Assembly (NCBI GenBank): GCA_964016885.1
Contig: OZ024743.1
Span: 307,148,001-307,212,000 of the forward strand
Direction of reading: 5' to 3'
DNA length: 64,000 nucleotides
Origin: Eledone cirrhosa
Taxonomy: Eukaryota
Shown piece by piece: positions 56,150 through 64,000 of the stretch (its first letter is position 1; each line of letters starts with the position of its first letter). The notes under the pieces are model-generated. The model was not told the origin of the DNA and ran no database searches. It was given only the letters and a program-made list of their open reading frames with translations. The translations under genes were made by a program, and so were the position numbers.

Positions 56150-57140
56150 TTGATTGTTCCAGCACCTCAGCCTTGCCATCACCCCAGGTAACTCTGAGAG
56201 CGTGCTGGCTTGCCTCAAAAATTATTAGAGAGGTTTCTCAGTGCTCCTCGCTATATTGTTATCTTTTGCTCTGGTAGCAGCTCGTTTGTCTACCCCTTTC
56301 GCCTGCCTTTTGTTGATGTGGTCTAAGATGTGGGCATTACGTGCTTCTCTTTCTTTTTTTTCCTTTCGCTTTCCTCTGTATATATTATATTTGTTAGTGT
56401 TTTCGTTCTGTATCCTTTATATTAAATTTTTATAGAAATGAGTTTTAAAAACAGAGTTAAACTGTGTTGATAATAAATAAATAAAACGTTATACTTGTTT
56501 TACCCTCCCATTTCCAATTCATCAAACGTTATCATGACTGCATGTGTGTGTTTGTGTAAATGTATATGTGTGAATGTGTGTTTGTGTAAATGTGTATGCG
56601 TGAACGTATGTGTATTTGTGTGAATGTATGTCCGTGAGCGTTTATTTTTATAAGTTTGTGTTTGCGCGATTATAGTTACAATATATATCTGTCACAGCCA
56701 CTCTTCTCTTTATATACTCACACATACAATCTCTCTTTCTCACTCTAGCAATTTTATAAAATCAAAGAACAACATACACACATGCACACACATCACCGTG
56801 TTAAAAAAAATCAAAATCGCTTCATCTTTCTCTTTCACTCTCTCTCTCTATAATATATATTATAGATATACCGGAAGTATTGAAATTTGAATTTTTTAAA
56901 AGAAGTGAGTCTTGAACACATCATCATCATCATCATCATTTTACGTCCGCTTTTCGCTGCTTGCAAGGGTGGAACTATGCAATAATATTCTTAATATATG
57001 TTTTAAAATGTGTTACGAAATTTGGTAGATAAATTATGTAATCATTCATTATTTATTCAAAGTAATCCAACTTATTTTAAAAACTGGATAAAAAATTGTA
57101 TTCTGGATGCAGTCTCGCAGTCATTTCTTTATTATAGTTA

Positions 57141-57146
<6 letters not shown>
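56150..57146 (-). mobile_element. Helitron-related composite repeat carrying a CRE 3' end
   Basis: 5' TCttaactataataaag; homologous to 26876-28430. Confidence 0.6.
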
Positions 57147-57171
<25 letters not shown>

Positions 57172-57176
<5 letters not shown>

Positions 57177-57305
57177 TTATAGATAAATAGATTCGACATA
57201 CCGTTATAACACCGACTTCCATTTGAAGAGGTTTACGCTGCCAGCGTAAACCTCTTCAAATGGAAGTCGGTGTTATAACGGCATGTCGAATCTATTTATC
57301 TATAA

Positions 57306-57309
<4 letters not shown>
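57172..57309. repeat. Near-perfect 138-bp hairpin between (TA)n tracts
   Basis: Centre at 57241; arms similar to 1860-1920 of the PLE. Confidence 0.85.
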
Positions 57310-57340
<31 letters not shown>

Positions 57341-57704
57341 ACAGAACAATCAAATTTATGTTTAATACATTTTATTGCTGACAATCGTTTCTTCTTTATG
57401 ATTGTTCTGTAGAATAGGAATTTAATTATGTGTTTAAACTTTGCCAATACTCCGATGAATCTAAATGGCTGTTTGGAAGAAACGATTGTCAGCAATAAAA
57501 TGTATTAAACATGGTTTTGAGTGTTCTGTACTTTATATTCCTGCTCTGTAAGGCATCTGATGTGTTTACATTGAGCTATTTGCTATTTTTCATACCGGTA
57601 ATAAGGTGGTAAAAAATAAAAAATACTGACCTTTCCTATTTATAATTATATATAGTTTATATATAAGTATAAATAATATTATTATTATTATATATATATA
57701 TATA

Positions 57705-59506
57705 ATGATGTATTGTTAACCAGGTAATACTAGAGGGTATCATACCAAAAGATTGGTGCAGTAGCATCATTGTCAACTGCTACAAAGGTAAAGGTGATGC
57801 ACTAGATAGAGGAAACTATAGAGGTATAAAGCTGATTGACCAGGTCATGAAAGTAACAAAAAGAGTTATAGCACAGTTGATTAGGGACCGGGTGAAACTA
57901 GATGAGATGCAATTTGGGTTTGTACCAGGAAGAGGCACCACTGATGCCCTCTTCCTTGTGAGGTAGTTACAGGAAAAGTACCTAGCTAAAAGTAAGCCAC
58001 TCTACCTGGCATTCGTCGATCTCGAGAAAGCCTTTGACAGAGTTCCACGTGCTGTAATCTGGTGGGCTCTTAGAAAACTAGGAGTAGATGAATGGCTTGT
58101 GAAAGCTGTATAAGCCATGTATAGGGGAGCAGTCAGAAAAGTTAGGATTAGCAATGAGTATAGCGAGGAATTTAGCGTACAGGTTGGTGTCCACCAGGGC
58201 TCTGTTCTTAGCCCTCTCCAGTTCATCATAGTCCTGCAGGCAATAACGGAGGAGTTTAAGACCGGATGCCCATGGGAACTTCTGTATGCTGATGACCTCG
58301 CACTTATAGCTGAATCTATGGTAGAACTAGAGAAGAAATTCCAAACTTGGAAGCAGGGACTAGAAAGAAAGGGTCTCAAAATCAACATGACAAAGACTAA
58401 GGTCCTTGTAAGTAGACGAGAAAACAGAACCCAGATCCCCCCAGGGAAATGGCCTTGCTCAGTATGTAGGAAAGGTGTAGGTAGGAACTCCATTCTCTGC
58501 CCCAAATGCAAACAATGGGTACACAAGAGATGTAGCGGGATCTCAGGAAGCTTAATTAAGAATGTAGGCTTCACATGTAGCAGCTGTGCTGGGACAGCAA
58601 GCAGCAAACAGCCACAGGAAACAAGTACCACCAATCTCTGGGAGGGCTCTGTAGAAACAGTAGACAGCTTCTGCTACCTAGGTGACCGAATTAGCAGCGG
58701 AAGTGGGTGTTCAGAAAGTACAATAACTAGGGTAAGAATGGGATGGAAGAAGTTCAGGGAACTACTGCCACTGCTAGCTGCAAAAGGCTTCTCCCTCAAA
58801 ATGAAAGGCAGACTGTATGATGCGTGTATCCGAACAGCAATGTTAGATGGTAGTGAGACCTGGGCGCTGAAGGTGGAAGACTTACGTAGATTAGAAAGAA
58901 ACGAAGCCTGCATGCTCTGATGGATGTGTAATAGTAATATACGCGAACGACAAAACATAAATGAATTGAGAGAGAGACTGAGCATAAGAGGAATCAAATG
59001 CTGTGTGCAGGAGAGGCGGTTGCGTTGGTATGGACATGTGATGCGTATGAAGGATGACAGCTGCATAAAAAGGTGCAGAGCGTTAGAAGTCAATGGAAAC
59101 CTTGGAGTGGGGAAACCCAAGAAGACCTGGGATGAGGTGATAAAAGCCGACCTTACCCAATTACTCCTTTCAAAGGCGATGATACACGACGGTGACCTCT
59201 GGCGTCACGCAGTAATACAGAGTACCCAACCTCCCATGGGTACAAGCTGAAGCATATAGACAATATGCTCCCACACCCTCCCACTGAAAGGTGGTCGAGG
59301 AGGTTCCACGGAAAAAGCACCCAGCACTCACTGTAAATGAGGTTGGTGTTAGGAAGGGCATCCAGCTGTAGAAATCAAGCCAAAATCAGTTCCTGTATGA
59401 GCAAGGCATGGTCAGCCGACCAGACACTGCCCACAACAGGACAACTCGTCTAACCCATGCTAGCATGGAAGAACGGACGTAAAACGGTGATGATGATGAT
59501 GATGAT
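57705..59506 (+). mobile_element. 5'-truncated RTE copy with stops
   Basis: RT, PHD-like finger and (GAT)n tail; related to 47433-50020. Confidence 0.88.
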
Positions 59507-59516
59507 TTATATATAT

Positions 59517-60092
59517 AATTGTTTCTACTTTTGGTACAAGGCCAGCAATTACCCAGTACATTACTGGTACTTTATTTTATCGACCTCGAAAGGATGAAAG
59601 GCAAAGTTAACCTCGGCGGGATTTGAACTCAGTCCGTAAAGGGACGTCACTATGCTGGAAAGCATGGCGTCCGACTCTCTACCGATACTATCAATCCACC
59701 GCCCTATATATATATAATGATGATTGGCAGTATCGGTAGAGGGTCGGACGCCATGCTTTGCAGCACAGTTATGTCCTTTTACAGACTGAGTTCAAATCCC
59801 GCCGAGGTTAACTTTACCTTTCATCCTTACGGGGGTCGATAAAATAAAGTACCAGTAATACACTGGATAATTGCTGGCTTTGTGCCAAAAGTCGAAATAA
59901 TTGATATATAATTGTTTCTACTTTGGGCACAAGGCCAGCAATTATCCCAGTGCATTACTGGTACTTTATTTTATCGACCCCGTAAGGATGAAAGGTAAAG
60001 TTAACCTCGGCAGGATTTGAACTCAGTCCGTAAAAGGACATAACTGTGCTGCAAAGCATGGCGTCCGACCCTCTACCGATACTGCCAATCCA
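59517..60092. mobile_element. Three SINE copies in alternating orientation (-,+,-)
   Basis: 59517-59705, 59723-59900 and 59910-60092. Confidence 0.85.
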
Positions 60093-60139
60093 CAATGACG
60101 ATTATATATATATATGATGATGATGATGATGATGAATTA

Positions 60140-61226
60140 TATCATCATCATAATTGTTTTTCCACACTTGCATGGGTTGGATGGGTCCTTTTCAGCACGG
60201 CATCTTTCCACTTGCCGCGTTTCTTCTTCGTTCTTTCTGTGAGTCTCAGCGATTTGAGATCAACTCTCACCACCTCTGCCCAGGTCTTTCTTAGTCTACC
60301 ACTACTGTGGCTTCCATCCACTGGCACATCTTCACCCATCGATTCTCATCTATGCACATCACATGTCCGTACCTACGCAGTCTTTTTTCCTGTATACCAC
60401 CTCAGATTCTTTTTAAACCCAGCTTCTCTCTCAGTTCATCTAAGCTCTGCCTCTCACACATTTACTTTGCACATCCAACAGAGCATGGCTGCTTCACTTC
60501 GCTCCAGTCTATGCATGTCTTCTGCAGTCATTGCTCATATTTCACTACTATGCAGCATCACACTTTGCACACAGGCGTCGTACAGTCACACTTTTGTACA
60601 TAGGGAGAAACCTTCTGTTGTCAACAGTGGGTGTAGCACTCTAAACCTCTTCCATCCTATCCTTATCCTAGATATTTTTCTGATTAAGTCAGATAGATAG
60701 CAGAAGCTATCAACCACTTCTATGGACCCTTCCTGTGACTTGAAGAGGTTTATATCACTGCCGCTCTTCCCTTTGATTACTTCTGTGGATCTTCTACATA
60801 CAAAGTATTCCTTTCCTGTTAGTCTACCCATTATCCCACTACATCTCTTGTTTACCCAAGATTTACTTTGTGTACAGTGTATGGAGTTTATGCCTACTCC
60901 TTTTCTACATATGGAGCAGGGCCACATCCCTGAAGGGATCAGGGTCTTATCTTATTTCCTACTCACTAGCACTTAAATGTTAATTATGTTTACTCTCAAA
61001 CCTTTTGATTCCAAATTCTGAACCGAACCTTGATGAACTCTTACCTGTACCTTGAATTCCTCACTAAACTCCCTTCCTACTCTCACTCTACTGACATCTC
61101 CTCTGTACATGGTTTGTACTGCTCTCACAAGCCATTCTTCTACATCTAATTTCTTTAAGGACCACCAGATAATAGATCAAGGTACTCTATCAAAGGCCTT
61201 TTCTAGATCAACAAAAGCTAAATACT
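60140..61226 (-). pseudogene. Decayed RTE copy
   Basis: WPCSICRKGVG, GRLRKTW. Confidence 0.8.
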
Positions 61227-61384
61227 TCAACTGAGTATATTGGAGAAATGTGAAATGATGTGTTTTGCTCAAGAACACAACACACAACATTTTGATCGTA
61301 AGTCCAACACCCTTACCACTAGGCTACACACCTCCACTGAATGGTGGTAAATAGCTTTTCATATATCTTTGTGGTGATTAATCA

Positions 61385-62545
61385 AACTTTGTACAGAGGT
61401 ACTCTCAGTAAAGTCAGGGTAGGAATGGAGTTTAGTGAGGAATTCCAGATACAAGTAGGAGTACATCAAGGTTCGGTCCTCAGCCCGCTCTTGTTCATTA
61501 TAGTCCTCCAAGCCATAACAGAGGAGTTTAAGACTGGCTGTCCATGGGAACTTCTCTATGCTGACGATCTGGTTCTTATAGCAGAATCAGTAGAGGAGCT
61601 AGAGAATAAATTCTGGCTATGAAAACAGCAGTTGGAAGCAAGAGGATTGAGAGTGAACCTAGCTAAGACAAAAGTGTTGATGAGTAGAAAAGAGGACAAA
61701 ACTCTGATTCCGGCCATGTTTGATATGCAGAAAAGGAACTGGCATAAATTCTATAAAATGCACACAATGCAGATCCTGGGTACACAAGAGATATAGCAGG
61801 ATAGCAGGCAAACTAACAGGTAGGGAGAAATATGTATGCAGTAGATGTACAGGGAAATTAGACAGTAGAAGTCGCATTGATGGACACATTTTTCAAATGC
61901 AGGAGGGTGCTATAGAAGTGATGGATAGCTTCCGGTACCTAGGAGATCAGATTAGCATGGGAGGAGGGTATTCTGAGGCCATAGTGTCTAGAATAAGGAC
62001 GGGTTGGAAGAAGTTTAGGGAGCTGCTTTCTCTGCTGATGAAGAAGGGTTTCTCCCTGCGTACGAAAGGCCAGTTGTATGATGCCTGTGTGAGGAGCGCG
62101 ATGCTGCATGGTAGTGAGACATGGGCAGCAACTGCAGAGGATATGTGACGACTGGAGAGAAATGAGGCAAGCATGCTCCGTTGGATGTGCAGTGTAAATG
62201 TGCGTGAACGACCCAGCATTAATGTGTTGAGAGAGAAACTGTGTCTGAGAGGGATAGAATGTAGTGTACGGGAGAGGAGACTGGGGTGGTATGGACATGT
62301 GATGCACATGGAGGATGACCGATGGGTGAAGAAGTGCCAGGAAATGCCAGTTGAAGGAAGACGTGGTGGAGGTAGACCACGAAAAAATATGGGCGGAGGT
62401 GGTGAGAACAGACCTCAGATCATTGAAGCTCATGGTGGAGATGACGAAGGACCGTGACGAGTGGAGAGATGCTGTGCTGAATAAGACCCGTCCCACCCTT
62501 GTGAGCAGGGAAGAGCGGACGTAAAATGATGATGATGATGATGAA
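61385..62545 (+). pseudogene. Decayed RTE copy
   Basis: GVHQGSVLSP, LYADD, WYGHVM and a (GAT)n tail. Confidence 0.85.
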
Positions 62546-62929
62546 AGATAAGAATTGATCTAGCTAGATGGTTGTTACTAGTTAAGGCTAACTAGTAAGA
62601 CCATTACTAGTTAAGACTAACTAGTAAGAATATTATTTAACTTAAGGAAAGTAGAGTATTGTTATTATTATGGATAGATAGAGATGTGTGTGTATATATG
62701 TGTGTGTGTGTGTGTAAACAAACACACAGCACTGCAATAAGACTGACAGTTGGGGAGGATGATAAGAGACAAAAAGAAGAAAAAGAAATAACACAGAAGT
62801 CAATATATGGAGACAATGAATTTAAATGAAGCTGTAACTTTAATGTCTGTTTACATCACATAAACAGCTCTTTTACTGCCAGTCCGTATAAAGGAGGAAG
62901 AATCAATGACAACTCTAGTTGAGTTACTT

Positions 62930-63201
62930 CAACCCTTTAGCATTCACATTACTCTCATCATCATCACCGTTTTACGTCCGTTCTTCCACGCTAGCATGAG
63001 TTATACGGCAATAGTAAATACTCTATATTTACTATTGTATTTTCATGATAAAGGCTTTACCTCACATAATTATCTTACATGATATTGAATCAATGATATG
63101 CTATTTATTGAGAACAATAACTTAACATCAGTATGAGCAGTTGGTTTAAACAGAAAGAGAATTCTCGCTGGATACGGCCGGTTTAAATGCTAAAGGGTTA
63201 G
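62930..63201. mobile_element. Small MITE-like element interrupted by an RTE tail
   Basis: Inverted termini aaccctttagcatt / aatgctaaagggtt. Confidence 0.5.
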
Positions 63202-63312
63202 AATAAAATAAAAAATCTCATCTTTTTTCAAAGTATATAATCCAAAATCTAGTGCTCGTCACTCCTGTTGGTTGATCTCCACCACTTCCTATCTCTGGAT
63301 ATATTGGGCAAT

Positions 63313-63343
<31 letters not shown>

Positions 63344-64000
63344 GGTTTATCGGGTCAGATGATCGTGCCACCTGACCTTTCGTCGCCCTATGGTTCTTCT
63401 CCACTGTCTTTGTGTCCACTCTGACACTCTAATAGTCCAAGTATATAATAGGTGAATATAAACAAACCAATGTGAATCCTTCAGACTTTCTGAGTACATT
63501 TTGTAGAGGAATAGAGTAATTTAGTTAAGATGATATGTTGCTTTAGTTTTTCTTCTTTATTTAAAGTAGACTTAATTCTTATTCAACCAGACATGCAATG
63601 TAAACTCAACAATCGAGTTGGTTAAAGTACATTCAGTAGAAATATACAACTATAATGGTACATCTCGTATTTGTTTGTCATTGGTGTCCTTCATGCTGTC
63701 TTTTAACTACTTATCCATTCTTTATCTGCTTTCTTTAATTAGTATGTATGGTCGGTTCAATCTTGACTTGAATCCAAGAAAACTGGGAAGTATATCTTGA
63801 AAAACACCAACGTATAATAACATGAGTGGATTTAATGAAATACTGTTAACTCGCTTATTAAACACTAGTAAATTACTAAGTTACTTAGTTTGTTTTTCAC
63901 ATTGTCGAAATCTTGTCTTAGTTGTTTTAAAAGAAGAAAAAGTAATCTGTCAATAGAATGAAGAATGTCCAATGTTTTCATTCCAAAGACTGTTTTAGTA

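Overview
AT-rich, repeat-saturated eukaryotic DNA. It is most likely cephalopod (octopus-like tRNA-SINEs, RTE/Tx1/Penelope content, dense (TA)n/(TG)n), which is an inference. No host gene is supportable. The window contains a near full-length Tx1-clade L1, several RTE copies (one with an intact 705-aa RT ORF), a Dong/R4 fragment, CRE-clade fragments, a hAT transposon with TIRs and an 8-bp TSD, two Helitrons with empty sites visible in the window, a mariner remnant and SINEs. The main result is a (TA)n-associated Penelope-like (PLE) / retrozyme-like system. It has about a dozen type I hammerhead ribozyme cores in otherwise unrelated 300-610 bp units, which occur as tandem and fold-back (palindromic) insertions with 3' ends facing (TA)n. 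Many of these families share a covarying RNA hairpin (RCUC...UU-bulge-GAGY) about 40-85 nt upstream of the (TA)n junction. All structures were read by eye; no folding or alignment was computed.
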